Below, in pieces: positions 1-14,499 of a DNA stretch of 64,000 nt. A program made the position numbers and the translations under genes. Origin of the DNA: Octopus vulgaris (lineage: Eukaryota). Positions within the stretch are counted from its first letter, which is position 1; every line of letters starts with the position of its first letter. Where the stretch lies: NCBI GenBank assembly GCA_951406725.2, contig OX597826.1:70432001-70496000 (forward strand), written 5' to 3'. Under the pieces are notes generated by a model. It ran no database searches. It was not told where the DNA came from and saw nothing but the letters and a program-made list of their open reading frames with translations.

Positions 1-33
1 GTACCTTGTATATATATATATATATAATGTGTG

Positions 34-68
<35 letters not shown>

Positions 69-799
69 TAGTCATAAAATACAGTGTACATTTAAACACA
101 TGAGGAATCCACTCGGATTCAACACGCTGGAAAGAACAGCTAGGTTCTATAACCACAAAATTAGGGATAAAAATTTGACAGGAACAAAATGTGTTTAAAT
201 GTACACTGTATTTTATGACTAATACATAGTCTTTGGACTAAATTTTTACACGTTAGGCCACTGGAAGTGAAAATTTTAATTAATTTCCATTTCCCTTTGA
301 TATGATTAAATATTAGATATATATATATATATACAGACATATATACACACATTTATATACACATACATATGTATTATATACATGCTGTATGTATGTATAT
401 AAAAATGATAATACATAGATAAACACACACACTTAAATGCTTAAATATATATATACATGTATATATATAGGTATTATTTGGTATTGAGGTATTGATAGTC
501 AACTTGTAGAAATCAAAAGAAAATTTTTAAAAAACATTTATTCACAGTGGGACACAACCTAGTTTTGTAGAGAATAATTTGCTATTAATAGTGAGCTGAT
601 TGAGACCTACGTTGCCACTTTTTGGCTGGTTCAGTAAGCCTTCTAAAGTAAAACTTAAGGTCCCAATCAACTCCATATATATATATAGACATATATAAAT
701 GTGTACAAGTATATATATGGGGAGAATTCACAAAAGACGAAGACAGGTGGTACAGACAACAAACAGATGTATTAGTATAGTGCTCAGGAAGTGAAAAAG

Positions 800-837
800 T
801 CTTTAACGTTTCGAGCCTACGCTCTTCTACAGAAAGA
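800..837 (-). ncRNA. Atypical hammerhead-like motif in a dispersed repeat (related copies near 58910 and 60670)
   Basis: TCTTT-CTGTAGAA-GAGC gtag GCTC-GAA-AC|GT-T-AAAGA; core position 6 is U rather than A. Confidence 0.4.
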
Positions 838-875
838 ATAAAGAATGTGTAGTGGCTAGCGATCTATCATGGCGA

Positions 876-920
<45 letters not shown>

Positions 921-2051
921 GCACATATATATACACACAGACAAATATACTTCTCTTGGCCTGAGTATGTGTGTACATGTATGTATGTGTATATATACAT
1001 ACATACAACAGAAGGAACATGCAGCTAACAAAATTTATAATCAGTTTAACTCTTAAGCATTCAGGTTTCTCTGTCAAATGTAATGCTTATTTATCCACAT
1101 TGTTTTGAATTAACCATGGATTATCTTGTAGATCTGACATTTCAATGATCTGATTATTTGTTTTTTTAGAATAGAACAACATTGGAGGATAGGTGTGAAA
1201 GGCAAGGTATGGCCAGTTAGAATATAAAACAGAAGCTATGTTTTGGCCGGATATGGCAGGTTTAAACACCAAAGAATCAATATATATGTTTTTAGTCCCC
1301 AGGAATATCACTGAGAGGAATTTTAATGAAATGTTGCTTAGATAGAAAACAATGCATTCAAGAATGGTAGCAGGAAAGGTTTACCGTGCTTTCCACAAGA
1401 CGTGCCTCACACAACCTGATTGCGTGTTATTTTCCGCATGAGTAATGTTTATTAGATAAATTATTTTAAGGACCTGTCTTAGAATTCAACAGAACTTTGG
1501 TTGAATAGTATTCCTGGGTGTCTTGAACATTGATTTAGCTTTATTTACTTCAACATTAAGTTCTTTCAAGCAACTGTTTTAAGTTCATTGACCAATGTAT
1601 GTATACGTTTGTGTGTGGATATATATATATGTATATATATATATAGAAGAAATATGTTACAAAAAGAAAATAGAAAATACACATGGAAATGTAAGGGGAA
1701 AATAAGAAAAATCAACGACAATGCACATTGTAAATAAAAAAAGAAGAAAAGGCTTTTTATGAAAGGTAACAACAGATATATACATTTAGATGGACCGAGG
1801 TTGTAGTAAAAGTCATAAAAGTCATTATTATGAGATGATTAAATATATATAGATATAGATATATTTATACAAACATATGTATGCACTATTCCCTGTCTGA
1901 GGAACCAGTAATACTTTCAAGGAAATCTAAAGGAACAACACAGTGAAAAGGTTCAATGAATATATATATATATGTCTACAAACATACGCATGTGTATGCA
2001 TAAATGCATGTATAACTGTGTACATAAATGTGTGTGTGTATATATATAGAC

Positions 2052-2086
<35 letters not shown>

Positions 2087-2914
2087 GATATATGCATAGA
2101 TATATATATGTGTATATACAAGTATACACACATACATATATATAGATATATATATATATATAGATATTATATTCATCTGTATATACATGTATGTATATAA
2201 ATATATTTAAATATATATATAAACCTATATATACAGATATATATTGCTCTAAGACTATGTATGTATATGTGAGTGTGTTTGTATGTATGTAGATATATAT
2301 GTGTGTGTGTGTGTGTGCACATATTTGTATATATGTATGTCAGAATTTACAAACAACAGAAGAAAATTATTCAATACATGTCGCTTAATCCATGTAGTGG
2401 TGGCATTTATTCATTTACGTCTAAATCGAGGCATTGCTACTGTTAGTTTCACCTTTCTCTTATTTCTGCTCGTTTATCCTGAAGAGCAGAAATAGGGGAA
2501 ACTCTGTATCACGAGTGAGTAAGCGAAGCCACAAACATGGAATATATATATCAATGTATGCATATGAAAGTGTGCATTTCTCTCTTTGTGTATGTGTGTT
2601 TATATGCGCTTGTGCAAATGTGGACGCATGAAGTTCGATGCAGGGCGAGATTGAGAAAATGGTCTTTTGTAGAATTTTAAACCAATAAAAGATAATAAAA
2701 AACCAAAAAACAAATAAAAATTTTGAAATGCCTATTGTTGCTCTCCTGTGCTCTTATATGTCTTGTTGACTAATGTAATCCCCTGTATCCATGTTATATC
2801 ATGATGGGTTTGTCATTTCTCAGGAGATGAAAAATTTATACGTATACATATATAAATATATATATATATATATACAAATATATATATATATATACAAATG
2901 TATATATGTATATA

Positions 2915-2974
<60 letters not shown>

Positions 2975-3076
2975 TATACAAATATATATATGTATATATA
3001 TATACATATATATACAAATATATATATATATGTATATATATATATACATATATATACATATATATGTGTACATATA

Positions 3077-3132
<56 letters not shown>

Positions 3133-3308
3133 CTGTTTTATTATTCTGTTTTTATTTCCCCTCAGTTTATCATATATTTTATTTTTATTTCTATCGTTAT
3201 TATTATTATTATCATTATCATTATTATTATCATTATCATTATTATGATTATTATTATTGTTATCACCATTGCTACTACTGCTACTACATCTACGACGACG
3301 ACTATTAC

Positions 3309-3341
<33 letters not shown>

Positions 3342-6149
3342 TGTTACAATTATTTTGGTTTAAGATTATGAAAACAAAAAAACATTTTGTGTGATTATCT
3401 GTGTATATAAATATATATATGTATGCATGTTATATGAATATGCGTGTTTGCTTGTGCACATATATATATATATATATGTATATATATTCGTGCGTAGTTT
3501 CTTGTATATATATACTTAGAGGCGTGTATGTGTGTATATCCATGGATGAGTGCATGTGTATGTATGTTTGTGTGAGTCTGCATACTTAAATACTTACGTA
3601 AGAGTGTGTATAGATAAATAAAATAAACACTGACCTCCTTATATTTATACACACCAGTACGCCTATGTGTGTGTATATATATATATATATGTGTATGTAT
3701 GTGTATATACATGTATATATAATCTCCATAAGTATGCATGCTCCTCTGCATGTAAGTGTATGTGTGTATGGGTCTATGTTACCCCAGCCCACCTCCACAA
3801 AAATTGGAAAAAAATATGAAATGAAAATTATAAAAATAAATTTTAAGCAATTTATAACAATTATCTTTTTTTCCTCTTATTATTTCATTTCATTTCACAT
3901 CTCAGCAATATTTCTTTCTTCTTTTATTTATTTTTTGAAATAAAGATGTTCATTTTTTCTTTCTTTTTCTTTTCTTTTTTCCCTTTTTTTTTCCTTGAAA
4001 ATTCTAAGTTTTTCACTTTTACAAATGCATACACACATACATATACCCATGTATCTATAACCTTACGGATGATACAAATACAGTTTTTTTAAGTGGCCCC
4101 TCATGGACCTGTAACCATTACATTTCATCACATGTCAAAGGATATCTATTTCTTTACTACCCACAAGGGGCTGAACACAGAGAAGATAAACAAGGACAGA
4201 CAAATGGATTAAGTTGGTTATATCGACCCCAGTGCTTATTTTATCGACCCCAAAAGGATGAAAGGCAAAATCGACCTCGGCGGAATTTGAACTCAGAACG
4301 TAGCAGCAGACGAAATACCTATTTCTTTACTACCCACAAGGGGCTAAACACAGAGAGGACAAACAAGGACAGAGAAACGGATTAAGTCGATTATATCGAC
4401 CCCAGTGCATAACTGGTACTTATTTTATCGACCCCAAAAGGATGAAAGGCAAAAATCGACCTCGGCGGAATTTGAACTCAGAACATAGCTGTAGACGAAA
4501 TACCACTAAGCACTTCACACTGCATGCTAACGTTTCTGCCAGCTTGCCGCCTATGTCAAAGGATACCACCATCATCATCATTATCATTTAACATCTGTTA
4601 TCCATGGGTTGGATGGTTTGGCTAGGGCTGGTAAGCTGAGGGGCTGCATCAGACTCCAGTCTGATTTAGCATGGTTTTCTACAGCTGGATGCCCTTTCTA
4701 ACGCCAACCACTCCAAGAGCGTAATGGGAGCTTTTACATGTCACCTGTGCTGCTGGCACAGGTGCCAGTTGGATGACACCAGTATCTGCCATGACTACGA
4801 TTTCATTTGGCTTGATGGGTCTTCTACCCAAGTGCAGCATTTCATCAAGGGTCTCAGTCATTTGTCATTCCCTCCATGAGGCCCAACACTCAAATCATGC
4901 TTTTTACGTGCCACTGGCACAGGTGCAAGTTACGTGACACCAGTATTGGCCATGACAAAACAACACCGAACCCTTAAAACCTCCAAGATTTGGCTGAAAT
5001 TGACAAATATCTTCTATCTTTTACTTGCTTCAGTCATTAGACTGTGGCCATTCTGGAGCACTGCCTTGAAGAATTCTTTAAGTCGAATGAATTGAGTCCA
5101 TTACTTGTTTTTTTTTTAAGCCTGGCACTTATTCTATCAATCTCTTTTACTGAACTACTAAGTTGAGGGCACCTACACTATCTGTCAAGTGGTGGTGGAA
5201 GAATCAACGCAGACACACACTCACATATATGTATATATATATATATATATACACACACACAATGGGTTTCTTTCAGTTTCCTACTTTCAAATTCGCTCAC
5301 AAGGCTTTGGTAAAAGACACTTACCCAAGGTGCCATGTGCTAGAACTGAACCTGGAATGATGTGGTTGGGAAGCTAACTTCTTATTTCTTTATTCCCTAC
5401 AAGGGGCTAAACATAGAGGGGACAGACAAAGGGATTAAGCCGATTACATCAACCTCAGTGCATAACTGGTACTTTATTTATCGAACCCAAAAGGATGAAA
5501 GGCAAAATCGACCTCGGTGGAATTTGAAATCGGAGCATAACAGCAGACGAAATACTGCTAAGCATTTCGGCCGGCATGCTAACGTTTTGGCCAGCTCGCT
5601 ACCTTATATTTGTACACACAGGTACGCTTATGTGTGTGTGTGTATATATATACACACTCTCACTTCTTACCACACCTGCACCTGTAAGTATGTCATATTT
5701 CTGTGTAAGAAATTATTCACATGATCAGCATTTGCCCCAAAATACCTATTTCTTTACTACTCACAAGGGGCTAAACGCAGAGGGGACAGACAAACAGATT
5801 AAGTCGATTATATCGACCCCAGTGCATAACTGGTACTTATTTAATCGACCCCGAAAGGATGAAAGGCAAAGTCGACCTCGGCGGAATTTGAACTCAGAAC
5901 TTAACAGCAGACGAAATACGGCTACACATTTCGGAATTTGAACTCAGAACGCAGCAGCGGATGAAATACCACAAAGCATTTTGTCCGGCGTGCTAACGTT
6001 TCTACCAGCTCACCTCCAAAATACCTTTAAGATTTTACTTTCCAATGAAGTGTTTTCTTGTTGCTGTTGATAAAACAATACTCAATGCTAACCATAATTT
6101 AAACAGACTGCCTTGGGATAGATATGGAGGAAACCCCTGTTATTGACTA

Positions 6150-6646
6150 CCGTAAATCCTCAAGTATATCCACATTTTTTCCCCAAATTTAAAGGTCAAA
6201 ATCCCCAGTGCGTGCGTACCATATACGAAGTTTAAAAGGAAAATTATTTTCTAAGCAATGTCCGAGTCTCTATTTGCTGTCCAGCAATGTTTATTCAGAT
6301 GCATTTTGTGATGTTGGACACTAAAATACCTTAAGCTAAGCCTGAAAGCAATGAAGTCATAAAAGAATCATCCATAACTTGCAGTAAGCGACAGTTATTA
6401 AACGTTATTACTATTATTTCTTTATTTTCTGCAAACAAAATGCACAAAAAAGCTACATGTTTGCATTATGTTATATATACAATAATAATAAAGGACGTTA
6501 CCATATACGGTTTTACAAACGAAGGACGTTATAGAGACCTCCTTGACTCAAATTAGAGAAGGGGTGTGTATTATACACAAGGTCTAGATTTTTCAGAGGT
6601 ACAGCCCCTTAAAGATCCTCTGCGTATTATACTCGAGGATTTACAG
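6150..6646. mobile_element. Tc1/mariner-superfamily MITE
   Basis: TA|CCGTAAATCCTCAAGTAT...ATACTCGAGGATTTACAG|TA terminal inverted repeats with TA duplication; truncated second copy 19819-20243. Confidence 0.82.
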
Positions 6647-7340
6647 TACATATATAAACTCAGGTGCATGACCAAGGGGTAAACATTGCACTAACAGTCA
6701 CAAGATCATGGCTTTGATTGCTGGACCAAGCAATGCACTATGTTCTTGAACAAGACACTTCATTTCACATTGCTCTGCAATCACTTCAACTATCAGACCT
6801 GTGGTACACCATGCACCTGTACAGGTAGTGTCAATTTGATGGAAGGAATGAACTAATGTACATCACAAATATTTGATCAATGTAAACAAATTATCAGAAC
6901 ATGTTGTTCAGCAAAAAATTTGCAAAGCTCAGGAGTGGCTGTGCGATAAGTAGCATGCTTACCAACTACATGGTCCTGGGGGTCAGTCCCACTGCATGGC
7001 ACCTTGGGCATGTGCCTTCTATTATAGCCTCAGGCCAACCGAAGCCATGTGAGTGGATTTTCATAGAGGGAAACTGAAAGAAGCCCAATGTATATATATA
7101 TATATATATGTATCAGTTTGTGTGTCTGTATTTGTACTCCACCATTGTTTGACAACCGATGTTGGTGTGCTTATGTCCCTGTAACTTAGCAGTTCAGCAA
7201 AAGAGACTGATATGTATATATATATATGGATATAGATATATATATATATCGATATATATATAAATAAGTATATATATATGGATATATATATATAGATAGA
7301 TAGATAGATATATATGTATATATATATATATATATAAATA

Positions 7341-7682
7341 TCTATATATATAAACGACAAAATGTCTGTGTGTGTGTCCTTTATACAAATCCACAATTTT
7401 TCAGTTAGAGGGCTCGCACTTTCTATGGTTATTCAAAACCATCCAAAGATGGTCGTGCACATCTTTACATTTCCCCAGTCACCCCGCAAAGCCATTAAAA
7501 AATCAACAGAAGTGAATTTTTTGTGAATTTTCTATCCAAAACCCAATCAAAATGCCCGAAACTTGATACGCCAGTTGAATGCCAGCCAACTGTATGTGAT
7601 TGGTCGGAGATTTGGACATTAATTGCGTGTATGTGTGCATGCATGCAGCTGTATATGCATGCACTAGCACTATGACCCGGCG
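7341..7682. mobile_element. Non-autonomous Helitron-like fragment
   Basis: Starts TCTATATATATAAA..gtctgtgtgtg; ends with an inverted ...cgccgggtcatagtgCTAG-type terminus. Confidence 0.5.
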
Positions 7683-7713
<31 letters not shown>

Positions 7714-8224
7714 TTGTATATATATATATATGTATGTATATATATATGTATGTATATATATATTTATATGTATGTATATATATATGTATGTATACATATA
7801 TATGTATATAGATATATATGTATGTTTGTATATATATATATATATATATATATGGACATCAATTCAAGGAATATTCTCTTCAAAATCTTGGTATAAAAAT
7901 AGAAAGGTTTAATTATAGCTGTTTGAAAGAGAAAAACAAAAATTGTGTACAGTCGTAGAAACCAACTGCTTTACAGATGTGAGCATTGTTTAAAACCATG
8001 CTGATGATCATCATTTACCATCATTGTGTTAATTTCCACTCTTCCATGTTTGCATGCATCAGAAGACATTCATTGAGGCAGATATTCTACAACTGGATGC
8101 CCTTCCTGTCGCCAATCCTCACTTGTTTCCAGGCAAGCTAATATATTCCCATCACCAAATATGTTTGGAAGGAAAATTAAGAAAGTAGGTGGCGCTACTT
8201 TATCACTTCCACACTTTGTTAAAT

Positions 8225-8600
8225 GGAAATGGAAGCACTCCGTCGGTTACGACGATGAGGGTTCCGGTTGACCCGAATCAAAGGAACAGCCTGCTCGTGA
8301 AATTAACGTGTAAGTGGCTGAGCACTCCACAGACACGTGTACCCTTAACGTAGTTCTCGGGGATATTCAGCGTGACACAGAGAGTGACAAAGCCGGCCCT
8401 TTGAAATACAGGTACAACAGAAACAGGAAGTAAGAGTGAGAGAAAGTTGTGGTGAAAGAGTACAGCAGGGATCACCACCATCCCCTGCCGGAGCCTTGTG
8501 GAGCTTTAGGTGTTTTCGCTCAATAAACACTCACAACGCCCGGTCTGGGAATCGAAACCGCGAGTCCGCTGCCCTAACCACTGGGCCATTGCGCCTCCAC
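8225..8600 (-). mobile_element. tRNA-derived SINE family C
   Basis: Minus strand ggaggcgcaatggcccagtggttagggcagcggactcgcgg..ttcgattcc head; 8-bp flank ctttgtta repeated on both sides; partial copies 21110-21278, 55210-55360. Confidence 0.85.
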
Positions 8601-9051
8601 ACTTTGTTAAAACAAGAAAGTTCAAACACATCTCACTGGATTCCTTTCAGTTCTGTCTTCAAAATCCACTCACAAGGCTTTGAGGGGCCCAGAACTATTA
8701 CAGAAGACACTTGCCTACAGTGGCATACAGTGAGACTGAACCCAGAACCGTGTGGTTGCATAGCAAGATGCTTAAGATAATATTTGCATACAGCTGTTTC
8801 GAAACATAAACATTTCTATCCTGATTATAAATACACATTTGTACCAATAATTTTTGGTACACCTGGTTATGCTAGTAAATGTCAAAATGCCATCTCTAAA
8901 TGCTAGAGTATTCAAATAAATAAAGCAACTGACTAACATACACCTTGCAAATATTATTTGTAAGTGGAACAATATAAAGTTCACTACGTAATATGCACTG
9001 TGGTTTTTATCCAATTCCAGTGGTTTCTCGCTCATAAGGGGTTTAGCCTTA

Positions 9052-9450
9052 TGGCATATCTTCAGACCCCAAACACTAATGGCCTAATACCTCTTTAAAA
9101 ATTGGAGGGATAAAAGCCTCGTTTTTAAGGGTAAAACCATAGGTGATTATCTCCCTTTGCAATTGTCCATTGATCTTCAGCTGTGCTGCCATCTTGGTGG
9201 TCACCAAAGCACCACGAAGGTAAGCGATTGTCTCCCTTCAGCTTTGGTTATTGGCTTCCAGCTGTGGTGCTGCCATGTAGATTCCAAAAAGGGATTCCAA
9301 TGGCAAAGGGAGATAATCACCTAGGGTTTTACCCTTTAAAACGAGGCTTTTCCTCCTCCTTATTTTATAGAGGTCTCAGACCATCAGTGTTTGGGGTCTG
9401 AAGATATGCCACATGGCATATCTTGTGAGTGATAAGCCCTGGGTAACCCC
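9052..9450. repeat. Inverted repeat with decayed hammerhead halves
   Basis: tggcatatcttcagacccc...ctccctttgc mirrored at about 9300-9412; GGGGT-CTGAAGA...GGGT-A-ACCCC on the right arm. Confidence 0.75.
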
Positions 9451-11059
9451 ATAAACTGGCCTGTCCCACTATAATATACATATATATATATTTGAACAGT
9501 GAAGCTCAAATCAAATAGAATCTCTGACTTTTCTCATCCAAAGTTTTTTTTAACCCAATATTTACACAGTTTCCATCTGCGAAGTAATTCTCAACATAGG
9601 TGCAGGAGTGGCTTTGTGGTAAGTAGCTTGCTTACAAACCACATGGTTCCGGGTTCAGTCCCACTGTGTGGCATCTTGGGCAAGTGTCTTCTACTATAGC
9701 CTCGGGCCGACCAAAGCCTTATCAGGGGATTTGGTAGATGGAAACTCAAAGAAGCCCATCATATATATGTATATATATATGCGTGTGTATGTTTGTGTGT
9801 CTGTGTTTGTCCCCCTAGCATTGCTTGACAACCGATGCTGGTGTGTTTATGTCCCCGTCACTTAGCGGTTCGGCAAGAGAGACCAATTGAATAAGTACTG
9901 GGCTTACAAAGAATAAGTCCCGGGGTCGATTTGTTCGACTAAAAGCGGTGCTCCAGCGTGGCCACAGTCAAATAACTGAAACAAGTAAAAGAGTAAAAGA
10001 ATATTGATTAACCTGAGGATATAGTAGAGGACTCTTGATTCAAAGTGCTGCACAGTGGGACTGAACCAGAAACCAAGTGATTGCAAAGCAAGCTTCTTAA
10101 CCACACAACCAAGCTTGCAGTTTTTCTTTCATTTTTTTTCTTTTTTTTTTAGACATTAATTTTTTTCTCTTATGGTCAGGTGTGATTTGAAAGAGATTTT
10201 CTTGCTACTATCGCTAGGAACTACAAAGAGTTTCTATGGTGGTAGTCACCATTAAGCACAGGTAAACTTCCTCAGAAAACCAAAACAACATCACAGTTTC
10301 AATACCACGTTACGGCCACTTCACTTCGCGGCATTAACCCTCAAATGGTAAGGTATAATAGTCAATTAATCTTAAGCAAGTGAATCAACAATACATCCTC
10401 ATGACCAATACTGATGTTATAGCGACCCTGGTGGATTGATCGACAAGATTGGTTTCATCTGGATTTGAACTCAAAATCAAACGGTGTTTCAGTGAAATAA
10501 ATATTTTCTTCTTTTTAAGAAAATGAAAAGAAAAGATGAAATAAAAAAGGAAAAAATATTGGTTTAATAAAAATGGGGAAAATATTTGATTTATTATTAT
10601 TATTATTATTATTATCATTATTATTATTATTATTGACAATAATGTTTTCTGACTTTGGTATGAGGCCACAAATGTGGAAGAGTATAGTTCGTTTGGTGGA
10701 TTTTAGGTTCTTGACTGGTAAATACATAGGCACACATTATACATACGTATCTCATGTACACATATATCTATTATGTATGTATATGGTTTATATATATATG
10801 TGTGTGTGTATGATATTTATTTATTGATACATACATTATATATATGACAGAAGGTCAAAGAGGAAGTATACCTTGGTGTGGGTTTTGATGCAGAAAATAT
10901 TTTTGAAAATGAGGATATATTTAAGAATAAAGGGAACACAACTAGCATAACAAATTAATAATGATTTAGTAAGGTAGGATAGGAGTTAGTCACCTGCTTA
11001 TTATTATTTAATACAAATGTACTTGTGCAACAGAGAGCTAGTGTTTGAGAAAGAAGTTA

Positions 11060-11290
11060 AGCATAAAAGGAATTAGATGCAGTGAGCTGGTTTGGTTATG
11101 TGATGCAGATGGATACCAACATCTCCATAAAGAAGTACCGATCTCTCCAAGTGGATGGAACTTGTGGAAGATGGAGATCCAGGAAGACATGGGATGAAGT
11201 ACTGAAAGGTGACCTTAGAATACTGACAAGATGACAAAGGACTGAGAAACTTGGTGCCTTGCTGTATTTAAGGAGATTTGCCCACCACAG
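11060..11290 (+). mobile_element. RTE-clade LINE 3' ORF remnant
   Basis: WFGYVMQMD...LQVDGTCGRWRSRKTWDEVLKGDL resembles the RTE C-terminal WFGHV..M / GRPRKTW motifs. Confidence 0.72.
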
Positions 11291-11998
11291 CAGAAGTGTT
11301 AAGACTGCATCTACAGGTGAGGAGGAGGGGCCTACAAGGGTCCTCCTGTGCACAGGTGTAAAATTAGAAAGTACATCAGAGTAAAACCTTCACACTCTCT
11401 TACCTCTTACATATATGTATGTGTATGTGCATGTATATGTATGCATGTGTTATGTGTGTGTGAATGTATGTGTGCATATGAATGTATATGTATGTGTGTG
11501 TGTTTATATGTGTGTGTGTATATGTGCATGTATATATGTGTGTATATATGTGTCTGCATGCACATGTATATGTATGTGTGTTGTGTATGTATGTGTGCGT
11601 GTATATGTATGTGTGTGTTGTGCGTGTGCATGTCTATGTGTGTATATATGTGTGTGTGCATGTGCATGTATATGTATGTGCGTGTTGTGTGTGTATGTGT
11701 GTGTGTATGCAAGCATGTATATGTGCGTGTGTGCATGTGTGTATATATATATCTGTATGTATGTGTGCATATGTGTGTATATGCATGTGTATGTTTATAT
11801 GTGTGTGTGTGTTGGGTTGTGTGTAGCTGTGTGGTAAGAAGCTTGCTTCCCAACCACATAGTTCCGGATTCAGTCACATTGAATGGCACCTTGGACAAGT
11901 TTCTTCTGCTATAACCCCAGGCCCACCAAAATGAGGGCCACATCAACATTTCCCAGAAGTCATGTATCTTATAAGCTTACTAATAATTCTAAGAATAT

Positions 11999-12184
11999 TT
12001 AGACACTTCTGCTAGATTTATCCTTTGTGAGTGTGATGTAGGCACTTTGAATGGTAATGAATTGTTTACTAGCAATTTCCTTCATTTTGGGGTCTTGGTG
12101 TCTGTCAGGGTGCCATTCCTTGACCAGTTTTCTGTAACTGCTTTTGATTTCTTGCAAAGAGGCGTTATGATGTAAACCAAGTAC
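11999..12184 (-). CDS. DNAJC22: DNAJC22/Wurst-like, coding exon 3 (J domain)
   Basis: Acceptor ttttggaacag|GTA; VLGLHHNASLQEIKSSYRKLVKEWHPDRH...QFITIQSAYITL contains the HPD motif; TAA stop; spliced CDS 1044 nt = 347 aa. Confidence 0.93.
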   Translation of the reverse strand, partial: VLGLHHNASLQEIKSSYRKLVKEWHPDRHQDPKMKEIASKQFITIQSAYITLTKDKSSRSV

Positions 12185-12250
12185 CTGTTCCAAAAGTAAA
12201 AAAATAAATAAATAAGCAAGTATATAAACATGTATGGATGTGTGCATGTA

Positions 12251-12353
<103 letters not shown>

Positions 12354-13933
12354 CATATAATATATGTGTCTGTTTTAATTCTTATACTTTGAAAGATACA
12401 CAGAGATCGACATAAAGTCGGACAAATCAACTGAAGTCGAGGATTCCCCACCCCAAGCTCGAAACAAAGGCAGATAGGCACATATTTTTAGAGTGGTTAG
12501 ATGTGATTATTTCATTTCTGGTAGTTCACCGGTTCTTGAATTTACGGTATTCTAAAAGATAGAAATCTCTAAACGTCAGAGTTGAAATTTAAAAAGTAAT
12601 GGGAGATAACTAAGGGATGAATCTTTCTCAAAGATTAGACAACTCTTGTCTTACGACATGAATTTATTCGAGTTGAATTGTGATTTGAACATGACTGTAC
12701 TTCTAAACTTTGAAGTATTTCATCCATTTATTGTTTTGTGGTTTTATACAAGCGTATAATGCTTCTTAACACGTTTGACTCAGTTGTTTTTCCATTTTTA
12801 ATTAATGTGGGACTTTGTTGTATTCAAAGAAACATTTTACAAAACAATCTTTCGTTTAGAGTTGTTTCCCATGTCCTAGTTAGGTGTTTTTTTTTCTTTT
12901 TAAATCGTTCACTATTCACATTTCTATTTTTACAAAATTCTTGATGTGAATGGTACTATTTCACTTCTATCATTATCAGTCAAGTAATTTACCATGTGTG
13001 GAGGCGCGTGGCTTAGTGGCTAGGGTGTCAGCATCATGACCGTAAGATTGTGGTTTCGATTCCTGGACCGGGCGACGCGTTGTGTTCTTGAGCAAAACAC
13101 TTCATTTCGTGTTGCTCAAGTCCACTCAGCTGGCATAAATGAGTAACGCTGCGATGGACTGGTGTCCCGTCCAACTGGGGAACACATACGCCATAGAAAC
13201 CGGGAAACCGGGCCCATGAGCCTGGCTAGGCTTTAAAAGGGCGCATTTATTATTTTTAATTTGCCATGTAACCAATTAAATAATAGATCGTTTGATTGAT
13301 CGCTCGATCCATCATCGATCAGTCAGCTAAATTTGTAAAAGTCGTTTCGATCAGGGCATATTTAACAAGATAGCTGATCGGTCTCTCATATAAAATGTTT
13401 CGGAATCTTTATGACTATTGTTTTGTCCTTTCTTTTTCTTTTTCTTTTTTTCTATACTTCCTTTCCGCATTTTTTTATTCTTTCTTTTGTAAAAACTTAT
13501 ATTATGAAAGAATCATGTCTATTGTTTAGGATTTATATTATTACTCATAAATAATATACATACGTTTTGTATATGTAATTAAAGTCAGAATTGAAGAAAT
13601 GAACCACCGTACGGTCAAGGTGCTCAGCCTGCTAGAAATAGCAGCTAGATTTAACCTTCCGAGCAAAAATATAAATCATGAATAATGCTATAACATACTG
13701 CAACATAACTATCTTACTATTTTCTATACTTCCGTTATATAATGTATTGTACACACCCCCACTTTGTACTCATTCTGCTTTGTGCAATATGTAATAAAAC
13801 GATTATCTTATAGGCGTGTATCTGTGACACAGATACATACTTATAAGATAATAGCATTATTCCTTTGTCATCTCCGTTCTTATACAGTAGAACTTCGGTT
13901 TATGAACGACTCTGATCACAAATAATTTGTGCT

Positions 13934-13977
<44 letters not shown>

Positions 13978-13988
13978 ATGTATATATG

Positions 13989-14065
<77 letters not shown>

Positions 14066-14070
14066 TATAT

Positions 14071-14326
14071 AAACAATTGCAGGGTGGAAGGTGTTTGTAA
14101 GCCATTTAAGAAACACACAAAAGCCGTTCGATTCACTTCAACATTTAAGTTTAATTTGTCAAAATATTTTCGTCGCTATAAGACCGCGACCTGTTCACTG
14201 ACAAGAACAGGTCGCGGTCTTATAGTGACGAAAATATTTTGACAAATTAAACTTAAATGTTGAAGTGAATCGAACGGCTTTTGTGTGTTTCTTAAATGGC
14301 TTACAAACACCTTCCACCCTGCAATT

Positions 14327-14330
<4 letters not shown>
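14071..14330. repeat. About 260-bp near-perfect palindrome embedded in (TA)n
   Basis: aaacaattgcagggtgg...ccaccctgcaattgttt; arms about 125 bp; same family at 59613-59850. Confidence 0.92.
14158..14202 (-). ncRNA. Minimal hammerhead, G3-C8 variant
   Basis: GTCA-GTGAACA-G-GTCGC ggtcttata GCGAC-GAA-AAT|ATT-T-TGAC. Confidence 0.62.
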
Positions 14331-14391
<61 letters not shown>

Positions 14392-14467
14392 TATATAAAA
14401 GCGCACAATTTAATCGTGATCAGAGTTGTTCAAAAACTGTGGTGCTACTGTTTATATAAATGTGTAC

Positions 14468-14499
<32 letters not shown>

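Noticed and set aside
2791-3363. Long ORFs rich in YI/VC/HT dipeptides (also 11348-11949, 34446-35153, 36348-36772, 39629-40655)
   Set aside because: Translations of (TA)n, (TG)n, (TATG)n and (GATA)n microsatellites; no protein signal.
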